Assembly (NCBI GenBank): GCA_029953675.1
Contig: JAMWBK010000007.1
Span: forward strand, 682,001 to 746,000
Direction: 5' to 3'
Length of the DNA: 64,000 bases
Origin: Rhodosorus marinus CCMP1338
Lineage: Eukaryota > Plantae > Rhodophyta
The notes beneath the pieces were generated by a model that had not been told where the DNA came from, ran no database searches, and saw only the letters and a list, made by a program, of their open reading frames with translations. Shown in pieces: positions 22,391-34,311 of the stretch. Position numbers and translations under genes: made by a program. Position 1 is the first letter of the stretch. Each line of letters starts with the position of its first letter.

Positions 22391-24724
22391 TTAGGTTGTC
22401 GGTTCAAGTTTGAGCTGCGATTTAACTTGGTGCGTCGCAGTGACCATATTTCTCAACGCAGCGATTGTCTCTGGCCATTTCCTAGTTTTCAAACCGCAGT
22501 CGGGATTCACCACGAGCTGTTCTGGAGGCATGCATGAAAGGAATTCCTGGAGCTTTTGCTGAATGTCAGTGACGGCAGGGACAACGGGAGAGTGAATGTC
22601 GTAGGTTCCTGGTCCCAAGTCCTTTCCATAGCCCGCCTTCTTAAACGCCTCAAGAGTCTCGTTTCCGCTTCGCGCGTTTTCAATGGAGTTGACATCCGCA
22701 TCCAACGCCATAATCGCATCCAAGCAATCGGTGAACTCTGCGTAGCACATATGAGTGTGAACAGAAGTCTCCGCTTTGGCCACGGCGGTGCTGAGCTTGA
22801 AGGCGTCCACCGCCCATTGAAGGTACACGTCTTTCTTGTGGTCTTTGAGCGGCATTCCCTCACGCAGAGCAGGCTCATCCATCTGGACAACTCGGCACCC
22901 TGCGCGTTCAAGGTCTGATACTTCATCCCGTAGACACAACGCAATCTGTAATGCCTGATCCTTTCGAGATATATCCTTCCGAGGGAATGACCAGTTGAGA
23001 ATCGTTACCGGGCCCGTAAGCATTCCCTTAACTGGTTTGTGAGTGAGGCTCTGTGCCACAACGAACTCACGCACCGTCATATCGTGCAAGCGTGTCAGAT
23101 CCGAGTAAACAATCGGTGGACGGACACACCGCGAGCCATAGCTCTGAACCCAGCCGTTCTGAGTGAAGGCAAAGCCGTCGAGCTTTTGGGCAAAGTATTC
23201 TACCATATCAGTACGCTCAGGTTCTCCGTGGACGAGAATGTCGATTCCGAGAGCCTCCTGGACGCCAATGTTGTAAGCGATTTGTTTATCGATTTCTGTC
23301 TCGTAGTCGGACTTGGATATGGTGCCGCTGATGAACCGTCGTCGCAATCGGCGGATCTCATCCGTCTGCGGAAAAGAACCTATCGTAGTTGTGGGAAGTA
23401 TGTGACAATCGGTCATCTGTTTGGGCCGTCGATCGCTGAATTGCTCAGGACGGCTCAAGTCGCTCGCAGTTATCGATGTGATTCGATCCCAAACAGGCTG
23501 CTTCTTTGGGTTCAGCCTGTAGAAGCCTTCCCAGCTCTCCCGCACCTCGCAGAACACATCCGAGGAAGCGGAACTCTCCAATTTCGAGAGGCCTTCACGC
23601 ACAGCGGTAAGCTCGCTTAGCTTTTCGTAGGCAAAGCTCAGAACTGGGGCGAGTCCGAGCTCCTCGTTCTGTTTAAGACTGACCTCCGCCTCTACGGTGT
23701 ATGGTAGGTGGTGCAGAGAGCAGCTCGGTTGCAAACTGATCTTGCTCGGAATCTTACCGCTCCTGAAGCATCCGTCAACTCGCTTCAGAAATTGCGTCAG
23801 CTCGTCAGGGTGAAATTTCCATATCGACCGTCCGTCTACAGCCCCAAGTCCAAGCCTCTTGTCTGCTGGAAATCCCGAAGTTTCCAGCATTGCAATGTTA
23901 TCCCCTCTGGTAAAATCCATAGAAACAGCGGCTACATTGCTGCCGCAAACTGCTCTGTAAACCCTCTCATCAAGGCCATCAAAATACGTCACCAAGTCCA
24001 CGGCCAACCTATCATCGGCAGTAAGGACACCGCGAGTACCATCGCCTCCGTACAAGGCAGCTATCATCTCCAGCATACCCAATCCTTTGCTAGTGACGAG
24101 TATTGGTTCATGTACTTGTACCTCCGTTACTCCCAGCTTCATGATGTGCTCGAACAATTCCACGTAGACATTCGTCAGCTTCTTCACGATGTCGCTCAGA
24201 GAAACATTCTTCAGCTTGCTCAACCCAACGTACGTCAATGGTCCAATTACAATAGGAACAGCGCGTTGGCTTCCGAGAGCATCTATCGCACGCGTTATCT
24301 CTTCCAGAAAAGATGTGAAATTCGCACGAGGGCTACAGTCCTGGTCTATCTCCGGGACTTCGTAGTGGTAGTTCGTATCAAACCATTTGGTCATATCCAT
24401 CGCGGGAATCCCTGTTCGACCCCTCGCCATCGCAAAGTACCGATCGGTATCATCCTCGATACTCTTAAAACGGCTTGGCTCACATCCTAACCTCATCGTC
24501 CAGTCCAGCATATGATCGTAAAGCGTGAAGTCACCAACTCCAATCCGATCAACTCCGGCGGCTAGCTGCACTCTCCAATTCTGTTCCTCCACAGAGTTCG
24601 CAGTATTCAGCAGCTCTTCCAGAGAAATTTGCTGCCTCCAGTACTTCTCCAAGGCATATTTCAACTGCCGAGCCTCTCCAACACGAGGAAACCCAATCGT
24701 CTCAACTGAAATTTCCATTTTCAC
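22391..24724 (-). CDS. METE: Cobalamin-independent methionine synthase, intronless, 777 aa
   Basis: N-terminal GFPRVG, TKWFDTNYHY, PTTTIGSFPQT, HGEPERTDMVEYF, Zn ligands THMCY and NPDCGLKTR. Confidence 0.98.
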   Translation of the reverse strand: MKMEISVETIGFPRVGEARQLKYALEKYWRQQISLEELLNTANSVEEQNWRVQLAAGVDRIGVGDFTLYDHMLDWTMRLGCEPSRFKSIEDDTDRYFAMARGRTGIPAMDMTKWFDTNYHYEVPEIDQDCSPRANFTSFLEEITRAIDALGSQRAVPIVIGPLTYVGLSKLKNVSLSDIVKKLTNVYVELFEHIMKLGVTEVQVHEPILVTSKGLGMLEMIAALYGGDGTRGVLTADDRLAVDLVTYFDGLDERVYRAVCGSNVAAVSMDFTRGDNIAMLETSGFPADKRLGLGAVDGRSIWKFHPDELTQFLKRVDGCFRSGKIPSKISLQPSCSLHHLPYTVEAEVSLKQNEELGLAPVLSFAYEKLSELTAVREGLSKLESSASSDVFCEVRESWEGFYRLNPKKQPVWDRITSITASDLSRPEQFSDRRPKQMTDCHILPTTTIGSFPQTDEIRRLRRRFISGTISKSDYETEIDKQIAYNIGVQEALGIDILVHGEPERTDMVEYFAQKLDGFAFTQNGWVQSYGSRCVRPPIVYSDLTRLHDMTVREFVVAQSLTHKPVKGMLTGPVTILNWSFPRKDISRKDQALQIALCLRDEVSDLERAGCRVVQMDEPALREGMPLKDHKKDVYLQWAVDAFKLSTAVAKAETSVHTHMCYAEFTDCLDAIMALDADVNSIENARSGNETLEAFKKAGYGKDLGPGTYDIHSPVVPAVTDIQQKLQEFLSCMPPEQLVVNPDCGLKTRKWPETIAALRNMVTATHQVKSQLKLEPTT

Positions 24725-27695
24725 TGAAAAGCCTTAATTATTTTCAAAAAACAATACTATAGAGGGCGGCTAGTTCCTTTCTCATGGCTCAAGTCGTGCT
24801 CGGTCACCTCCGAGTCAACCCTAGCAGAGCATTTGGGGTAGCGACCTTATAAGCGCTTCTGATACAAGGTTGACTAAGACGTCCTACTTCGCCTTTGACA
24901 CTCCCCGATCAATCGTAGACTGCTTTGACGATGTTATTGACACGGAACCTCAGGGAGGCCTGCTCCTCTTTGAAGCGTCCTTGCCCACGCCCAAGCCCAA
25001 ACCCTCCGACCATGGTCCTCTTCAGATCAAACCAAAAATATCACTTTTGTAGATACATCAGATCCCCAGATCCAATCTTCCGACAAGGCAACGATCGCTG
25101 CAGCTCCAGTGGAACTTCAAAACTGAAAACCCCCAAATTTAGTAAAAGATTTTTCAACAAACTTCCCCCACCTGCCTCTTTAGTAGTTGATCGGTTGTCT
25201 TTGTAAGTATTAAAAGCCTACCATTCCTTACCCTCTCATTCTCAAGACCCTATAGCAAACCCCCTAACTACAAACTGCCTCAAACCCCTATCTCAACCCC
25301 CACCCTCTTCTCTCCGGATCCCGATCCCACTGTCAGCAGCTCGTCAAAATTCACAGTACATAAAATTTCCAAATTACATAAACAAAAAGTAGTGAAAACA
25401 ATTATTTTCGGAGGAGAACAAAAATATGTCCCGATAAAATAACAAAAAAGAGTTGAAAAACTGGATATCGAATTATGAACGCAATTGTTCCAAATGTAAA
25501 TCATGCTCCTATATTTATTCTTTATTCATGGCCTACGGAAACGAATGTGCCAACGTGGCATACGCACGATTTCGTCTGGTTTAGAAGAGATAAGTTCTTA
25601 ATTAAGCAAAGTTCTCGTCCAAACGCGAACAATATGATTGACTAGTTGATTGATAATGGAAATTATTTTCATTATTGGACAAATTAAGGTTAGTTTTTGT
25701 TTTTAAAAAAGATGACGACTTGTGAAGGATAGACATTTGGAACGATGAAGGGCGGGGGGTTGGGGAGGCATCGGTGACTTTGTTGCCCTGGCCGGAGCTG
25801 CCGCGTTGACCTTCCAGTTTGCTCCTTTCCACGCACGTATCGAAAACATGCGAGGGGTCAGCGCAGTCCCATAAGAGGAGGCTTTGTTCCAGAAGATGAA
25901 GCGCTCGTCGTCGTGGTGCAATGACGCAATCAGTTTGTCCCCCGATGAGTCTCCTGGGGCGGGCATTTGAGTTTCATTTTTCATCGCCTTTTACTGTGCT
26001 GCTATCCGTAACTATCGTTAGAGCTCACTGGGAGTTCCTTTCACAAAAAGAGTGCTTCAAGATCGACAAGGTCCCCCGTTCTTGTTTCTTTGCGTATGAA
26101 ATCGAGGAGCAAGCTTTGAAGGTGACAAGCGTTCTCCGCGACTGCGATTCACAAGCGAAAAGAGTGGGCTGGGTCTCCTTAAAATTTGCACAAATCGTTA
26201 TGGTTCCGTGTTCCTCTCACCCTCAAAAACATCAATTTTCCGCATCGCCAAGCGCAGGAATGGAGAGGGATAGCTTTTAATACCGACGGGATATTAATGG
26301 GTCACTCGGATTCTGCTTCCTATCCATTGAAAATCCAACTGCCGCAACGACAACAAAATTAGAATCTGAACCAAGGAGATCAAAACGATGAAATTCGATG
26401 TGGAGCCTGCTTGAATTGTTGGAGGTTTTGGTCAATCGAATGGAACGGGTTTAGGAAGAGAAAAGCCTGACAAACGAACCGGCGGGGTTCTATTGAACAG
26501 TCTCCCTCAAATGCCCAGAATCCGTTCGAATTCTAGCGATTTAATGTCATCGCTTGCCATGATGGAATTTCGTGCGGCCGATGGGCTGCTTCACGCATTA
26601 ACTCAGAAGCCCATAACATTCATCAATAGCGTCGTATCGATAGTGAACCACCTATGCCGTAGAGCCAGCTTCAAGATTCTAAAGATTCTGCTCAGGGAGT
26701 GCTCTCCAGACGACGACCGAACTGCCATGTCGGAATTCTCAAAGCTCTGTTGCGGCGAAAAACGCACAACGAATTCGAGGGTTACGGCTTTGGTAACAAT
26801 TTGTATCGTCTGGTAATTGTTGGATTACTTAACTCGTGATCCGAAGTGTCAATTATTGTGGATGCCATCCAAAGCTCGAGTAGCTTTGAATACCAACACA
26901 CCTTGTGCGTCTTCGCTAGATCGTGGAATTAGGCTCTTAGTGCGTGCCTGAAAGTTTCGTCAAAATATTTCAGCATGTTCCCTGTATCCACAGACATTTT
27001 CAACGGAGATCTATTTTATTTTCTAATTTATGATAAGCTATGTTTGTATTTTAGTAGTTTATTGATCATGACGCCTTTTTATGGATAGAATTGGTCCTTC
27101 CCCTGGGGCTGGTCTGTTTCACCATTGCGTTGGGACATTGAGCTGGGACATTGCGTTGAGCTGGGACATGTCGCTATGACCATGACTGAATGCAAGCAGT
27201 CTTCCGTAGCTCCTCCTGGATTTGTCAAAATTGAGGAGCTTTTGCATGGCAACACCCCGAGAGCTTTTCCGAACCGCGTGCGAGTTGCTTGGATAAAAGC
27301 AGATTGTTATAACACAGCCTGACGACGTTCTCACCCTTTGCCATCTGTTCCTCCTACTCAGACATCATTCCCAGGAGGTCTCGAACTAGGCTTCACAACA
27401 GGTTGTATTGCTACTGCTCTTCGACAATTTCTGTCGTATGATAGTAGAGGAATATCATCCATCCACTATCATACAACAGGAAAGCTCGAGTAGCCTGGTG
27501 ATCATCAAAACCATGTTTTCACGTGGTAGTAAAGTCGCACGGGTTCGCAACGGACTGCGTGGTAAGCTCTTCACACTATTCTCTCCAGCTCGCTCCAGTT
27601 ATTCGACTCGTGCACGGAAAATATTGAAGCGCAGACCCTAAGACCATACCACCCAGGGACGACGGAAAGCTCAACCTTTCTCAGCCGCAATGCCG

Positions 27696-30558
27696 TCATC
27701 GGGCAACTTGCTTGACCTCGACGAGGTGGCGAAGGACTTTTTCAGCGGCATTGACCACGTTGGTTCCAGGCCCGAAGATCATATCTACACCCTGCTTCTG
27801 CAGCTGAGCAAAGTCGTCCTCGGGGACGACGCCACCGAGAATGAAGGTCATATCCTCACCACCACCTCGCCGTACTTCTGAGATCAACTCCGGAACAGAC
27901 GTTCGGTGTGCCGCGGCGAGCGAGGAGATCCCAACGACATGGACGTCCGACTCGAGCGCCTGCCTCGCTGCTTCCGCCGGAGTCTGAAACAGAGGCCCAA
28001 GATCAACATCAAACCCGAGGTCTGAAAACCCGCTGGCAATGATCTTAGCTCCGCGGTCGTGTCCATCCTGACCGAGTTTCACAACCAACAAACGAGGACG
28101 TCTCCCTGTCTTCGTCTCGAACGATCTCGTCAGCTCCAGAACCTTGGAAACCTCGTCTCCGTGGGAATACTCCTGGCCGTAGACACCGCCGACCAATCCA
28201 GTTGATGCACGATGCCTACCCCAGACGTCCTCCATTGCCGAGCTTATCTCACCAAGCGTGCATCGAACCTCGCCTGCGTGTACACACGCTTCGAGTAGGT
28301 TGTCTCCACCGGAGGCTGCGAGTCGAATCTGAAAAAACGGCGTATTTGGAGGGCAAATGAGATGATTTTCTAACACCGCCACTCTGGGAGACAGATCCCG
28401 GACTTAGCGCTCGCGGAGCAGCGAACACTTACCCGTTCCAGTGCGGAACCGACTTGGTCGCTGTTGCGAGAGTTTCGCACAGATTTCAGCTTTTGGACCT
28501 GCTCGGATCTCACCGAACGCGTATCGACGATGCGCACAGGTACGCGGCTCCTGAGCTTGTCCTCACCGCTATTGTCCTTGCCGTCCTCATCCTGAACCCT
28601 GTGCTTGTTGACGCCAATAATTACCTCCTCACCGGAATCTATCCGAGCCTGCCTTCGAGCTGAAAACTCCTCAATCCTGCGCTTGGGCCAGCCCTCATAT
28701 ATGGATTTAGACATTCCGCCAAACTCATTGACTTCTCGGATGAGCACCTGAGCTCGTGACTCGAGTTCATCTGTGAGAGCCTCCATCATGTACGATCCTC
28801 CCCATGGGTCGGCAACGTTGGGTATTCCGGTCTCCTGCTGCAAGATGAGCTGTGTGTTTCGGGCGATTCTCGCAGAGAAGTTGGTCGGAAGAGCGATGGC
28901 CTCATCTAACGCATTCGTGTGGAGGCTTTGAGTACCACCGAAGACTGCGGCAAGTGCCTCAACTGTTGTTCGGACGACGTTGTTGTACGGATCCTCGGAG
29001 GTGAGCGAATACCCCGACGTCTGGCAGTGCGTTCTCAACTGGAAGGTTTGAGTCTTCTTTGCCTCGGGAAAATTCTCTTTCACCAGACGAGCCCAGAGCC
29101 GTCGGGCAGCTCGAAGCTTCGCGACCTCAGCGTAGAAATCCATACCAATTCCGAAAAAGAAGGAACATCGGGGTGCTATCGAGTCAATCTCTAATCCAGC
29201 CTTCTTCGCACAGTGCAGGTATTCCAGCCCATCTGCAAGGGTAAAACCTAGCTCAGTTACAGCGTCCGCTCCAGCTTCTTGCCTAGTCGTCCAGAGTAGA
29301 AAAGAAAACGAAAACACACAACGAAGTCAGCTTGATTGTGCCGTCAAGCTTTGCACTCCACCGTCACACTCCTTGACCGCATGGGTCGGACCAAGAACGG
29401 ACATCAACATGTAAAGCACGGAAACAGTCAATTGTGTCGCCTTGCCAGTACAATTGACTGCTTCCATGATTTTGCTGAAGTTCCTTGCACTCTCAGGGCT
29501 CATCCGGCGGTTTTGCTTACAACTAACGATGAAACCCAGAGTGGAACGGTCGTCAACATACAAACCAACACGGCTGTAATACAGCTGCTTTAGTTGAGTT
29601 GTTCGTTCCCTTTCCACTCTCAAGCTTCGCCGGTCGGTGGCAAAAGAGCGTAAACAATCCGTCCAACCTGCTGGAGACTAGTCTATCGGATAGTGCATCG
29701 ACCTCGGAGCTGACTCGGTCAAAGTGATCTAGTTTGGAGTTGGACTTACATATGATAGCCAGATACAGATATGGTATTGAACTTTGGCATGTGCTTGCTA
29801 CAGTATCCCATGATGTCGGAGATGATTCTCAGGGACGGTTCGGGCGGATAGATGTAAGTGTTTCTGACCATGAACTCTTTAAGAATATCGTTTTGGATCG
29901 TCCCAGACAGGCTGGAAGGGCTCACGCCAGCTTCCTTCGCTGAAGCCTGGTTTCATATGAGCCGTGCTTTCAGCAACGCATTCCTTGGGCTTTGTTCGGA
30001 GTGCATGAGGTGGCTTTTTCTTACGATAAAAAAGGCGAGTACTGGAAGGACAGCACCATTCATGGTCATTGAAACTGAGACTGAATCGAGAGGAATCCCG
30101 TCGAAGAGTTCCTTCATGTCTTCTACAGTGTCAATAGCGACACCTGCTGCCCCCACATCGTCCGTGACCCGCTCATGGTCTGAATCATAGCCTCGATGGG
30201 TTGCGAGATCGAACGCTACGCTGAGGCCCCGAACGCCTCCCGCCAGACCCTCTTTATAGAATTTGTTCGACTCCCGAGCAGTTGCAAACCCCGCATACTG
30301 TCGAATCGTCCACGGTCGGTTGGTATACATTGTCGAATAAACCCCGCGCGTATAAGGAAACTCCCCCGGAAGCTCCTCGCCTTCTCTTTCACCCGAGTAC
30401 ACGGGATCCATCGGCACTCCAGCTGGAGAAGTCTTCCAGAGTTCCTTAACATCTCGTCGACCTTTCAACTCACGGTTTGCAGCATCCCGCCACCTCTTCG
30501 GTACAATCGTACCAATTCCACGCCTCGAAAGCCCTCCAAACCTCCCCACTCTCCCCAT
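27696..30558 (-). CDS. MUT: Mitochondrial adenosylcobalamin-dependent methylmalonyl-CoA mutase, 4 exons (30558-30025, 29946-29750, 29282-28433, 28328-27696)
   Basis: [42 protein letters not shown] rebuilt across intron 2, B12-binding DGHDRG; Arg-rich presequence. Confidence 0.97.
29283..29749 (-). promoter_or_regulatory. Structured 467-nt intron 2 of MUT with a candidate stop-containing cassette exon (29670-29521)
   Basis: Internal CAG acceptor at 29671 and GTAAGC donor at 29520; in-frame TGA at 29555-29553; a 9-bp stem, a G.U-containing stem and a 16-bp stem. Confidence 0.45.
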
Positions 30559-31151
30559 CCTGCCTGCCTCCCACCCCAGAATCACTCCATTCAACAAGCT
30601 AAAAGTTCAAAAAAACCAAGTCCAATCCTTCATATACGAGACAGACTAACCTTCAGTCTGTTCAGCCTCTGTCCTGATCATATCCGCTCACTCGGTTCCA
30701 ATTCATTCCACTCCAACTCTTCCCCTTGAAGTAGTGTATCTAACACCTTGCTCAGGACTCTCCATATCTCCATCGCCTGCTGACACTTCAATCCAAACCT
30801 CAATCGGAAACCTCCTGGTGCTGAGCGCTGGGGGCTGATGATCACTTCGGCTCTGATCCACTAGGACTAGTACTGGTGCTGGGTCAGCATCAGCATCAGT
30901 GTCTGGAGTGTTAAAAGGAAGAAGCAGTGAGCTGTGGCTCGAGCGTGCCGCAATTGTAAGCGTTGGAGATGGAATGCAAAGTTGGAGTAGTTCGGACAAG
31001 TCGAACAAGAACTGGGAGCTGTTGTCTCCAGAATCTGGTCCTAGCTGAGCGGTCCGCGCTGTTCTAGTGGCGTTGCCCCAACCTATTGAATGAACCCTAC
31101 TGAAGATACAATAGAACTGTTTCTATCGAGAAGGCATGAAAGTGCAGAGCT

Positions 31152-31332
31152 GAGAGGATATGGGATCTAGGATTTCACCAATAGCAGAAGGGCTAGTCCT
31201 ACGCCTCAAACCAGTACTGCTTCTATTATGGTTAACGCGAAAATCGAGAGGATATGGCATCTAGGATTCCAAAAACAGCAGAAAGAGTAGTCCTAGCACC
31301 TCGAACGGTACTGTTTCCCGGCCATGGTTAGC
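31152..31332. repeat. Diverged tandem duplication with a period of about 94 bp
   Basis: GAGAGGATATGG(G/C)ATCTAGGATT...AGCAGAA...TAGTCCTA...GTACTG occurs at 31152 and 31246. Confidence 0.8.
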
Positions 31333-32153
31333 TAACCGTGGGATGCGCAACGATGAAAAAAAAAATCCACAGGACATCGTGCCTCAAGGCTGAGAATCCC
31401 ACGGAAGACTGGAAGAGCAGACCAGACCACGACTTCTCCTCGTCGCTAGACGTACTTCTAGCTGAATCGAATTCTACCAATTCTTCGCAACGCTTTCTGC
31501 CGCTCTGAAAATCGCACCGGGAGTCTTTGAAAGCTCATACCTCGCCTCGGGGTGATTAAACTCCGCAGCTGCAAAATAAAACAAACCAAAGAACAAATCC
31601 GACGTGATCAGTACCAGTCATCGACGTTCTCTTAGGTCCAATCCCGTACGTCTCTTGTAAATGTCCTCGGACGCAAATGACTCTAGTGGTCGTCAGTCTT
31701 CGACGAAAAAGAACCCCAAACCCCTCTAAACAATCGATCCTGCTCGACAAACAATCAAAAACACAGTAATGATAGAAATCAATCTCCAAACCAAACCTAC
31801 ATTTAGATTGCATTTTCAGTCGTTTTTAAAATGACTGATCTCAATCGAAATCCAAGTCGATTTTCTCTCCACGGCCGCGACGACGGAAGTTTAGCGAATG
31901 ATGGGAAACCGGGGGGGCTGTTGCTTTTCACTTATTTTTCTATAAGAAAAGGATAAATGAGTTTGGACGTATCGATTTTTGAGATCTTTTTGTGATGTTT
32001 TGGACAGTAAGGGAGGGTGAGGGACGGAATTTGGTCGATTTGGTTCTTGTTTGGATGGGTGATGAAGAGGGTGGACTGGCTGCGGAGGGGAGGGAATTGG
32101 AAGGAGTACTCTTTTGTTGGGGATTTCTTTTTGTGGTTTTGAGAGACTAGAAG

Positions 32154-33293
32154 ATGGGTTATAAGAGGTTGGTGAAGAACAAGGCCTACTCCAGTAGGTA
32201 TCAGGTGAAGCCGAGGAGGAGGCGGTCGGGGAAGACTGACTACTATGCTCGACGGAAGTTGATTACTCAGGATAAGAGGAAGTACAATGCCCCCAAGTAT
32301 AGGCTTGTGGTTAGGATGACGAACAGGTAGGTTTTGCTAATATGGAGGATTCCCCGCTGGATGTGAAAGAACATGTTTGGCTACAGACGTGAAACGGGGT
32401 CAGACTGTACTAAGCGCCGCTTCCGAACGGAGCGAAGCGCGTTTTGTTTTATCAGAACAAGTACGGTGTTGACGGGACCGATCGTTTTATATATCGCAGG
32501 GATATTATTACCCAGATCGTTGCTGCGCGCATGAATGGTGACGAGATCATTGCCGCCGCCTATGCGCACGAGCTCCCCAAGTATGGCATTAGCGTGGGTC
32601 TGACAAATTACTCGGCCGCGTATGCCACCGGGCTTTTGCTCGCGAGGAGGACGCTAACGAAGATGGGACTTGCTGATACGTACGTCGGAAAGGAGGAGGC
32701 CGATGGTGAAATGTACGAGGTTGAGGCCGACGGTGACAAGAGGCCTTTCCGAGTTCTCATGGACGTTGGACTTCAGTCAACCACCACTGGAGCGAAGGTG
32801 AGTAAATTAGCCCTGGCGCTGTTGCTCTGAAGGCACAAGATTCTAACTCAATGTTTTTCTCTACAATCAGATCTTTGGAGCGATGAAGGGCTGTGTAGAC
32901 GGAGGCCTGGATGTTCCCCACAACGAGAAGCGGTTCCCTGCGTATACCAAGGACGAGGGATTCCTAGCTGACGAGCTCCGCAAGAGAATAGTCGGAGAGC
33001 ACGTCGCAGACTACATGCGAGAACTCATCGAGGAAGATCAGGACAGATACAAGCAGCAGTTTGCCAAGTACATCGCCGCAGGAATTGGCCCTGACGATGT
33101 GGAGGATATGTACCTCGAAGCTCACAAGAAGATTCGCGAGAACCCAGCGGCCTTCCCTAAGGAGAAGGACGAGTCCAGAACTCACCGCCAGTGGCGTGAG
33201 AAGAAGATCACTCTCGAGCAGAGGAGGGAGAATATTAAGACCAAGATCGCCTCCCTGATGCAGGCCGCGGCAGAGGAAGACGACGAAGAATAA
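32154..33293 (+). CDS. RPL5: 60S ribosomal protein L5 (uL18), 3 exons (32154-32326, 32500-32797, 32871-33293)
   Basis: [63 protein letters not shown]. Confidence 0.97.
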
Positions 33294-34242
33294 ATGTTCG
33301 GACGAGAACACGGAAGCGAAAAATTGTTCATTAAGCAAAAAAAGGATACGAGTCCAAGTACAACGCCAGAACCTCCAGCTCACATACTCCTTCCTTGCCA
33401 CCGCATTTGACTACCTACCGAACTGTCCCACACATGGGACGTGGCTAAGGATGGGACACTGCCACCCGTCGAAATCGGCTCGAATTCCATACTTCATGGC
33501 TTCTATTCATTTCACAAAACGTGTTGCAACACTAGAATGCAACTAGAATAGCTCCCATACCACCCCCTCCTTTGAGAACAGATACAATAGATATTTTGGA
33601 TGAATAATGGATGATTCTGAATCGAGATAGGGGAGGAGCTACCGGGGGTGCTTAAAGTTGAATTCTTTTTCTCGATCTTGCGGGCATTCAAAAACCCATA
33701 TTTACGGTAAATAACTGTTTTAACTCTATAAATAAACTGTGTTAGTAAATATAAATACGATCGTTCCACATGAAAATTCCTTTCAAAAGCTTCACATTTT
33801 TTGAAAACCTAAGTTTCGATCGTCGTATAATTGGATGAAGGGCGGGTTCGAGTTTGTCACTGTAACCGTACTATATTCGATAGGATCTTTTTAAAAAGGC
33901 GCGTAAAAAGAAGAATTTGGTTGCCTTGGGATTTGTTTGGAAGGAGAGAAGGGGGGAGGAGTGAAGTGGGTTTTTACTATCTGCAGTGAAGTATGGGATC
34001 CAATGTTACAGGAAAACGGCTGAAAAAAAGGTGGTTCTATAGGGCCAAAGGGGAAGATTGATGTATGACACCTTGCTCCATCATAGTAACGTTTGGCTGA
34101 GAAGGAGGTTGGAATAGAGAGGGGAGAGGGATGGAAGAAAGGCGCTCTTTGGAATGAGAAGCGCCGCTTGATATTTCTCGGAGATTCGTTTGTTGCGTTT
34201 TGGAGGGGAAGGCGACGCTGTTTGGAAGGAACGCGTGAGGGT

Positions 34243-34278
34243 GAGAGAGAGAGCGAGAGAGAGAGAGAAAAAGAGAGA
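34243..34278. repeat. (GA)n microsatellite just upstream of the 34312 ATG
   Basis: GAGAGAGAGAGCGAGAGAGAGAGAGAAAAAGAGAGA. Confidence 0.8.
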
Positions 34279-34311
34279 AACTTGTTTAGTGGTTTTGAGT
34301 ATATAGTTGTT

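Noticed and set aside
23039-24490. Long + strand ORFs (193 and 260 aa) over METE
   Set aside because: Antisense shadows of a codon-biased gene, with no motifs.
25600-26820. Several 76-119 aa ORFs between METE and MUT
   Set aside because: No recognisable domain or consistent exon structure.
27120-27170. Short GCTGGGACATTG-type repeats
   Set aside because: Only three irregular units; ordinary slippage.
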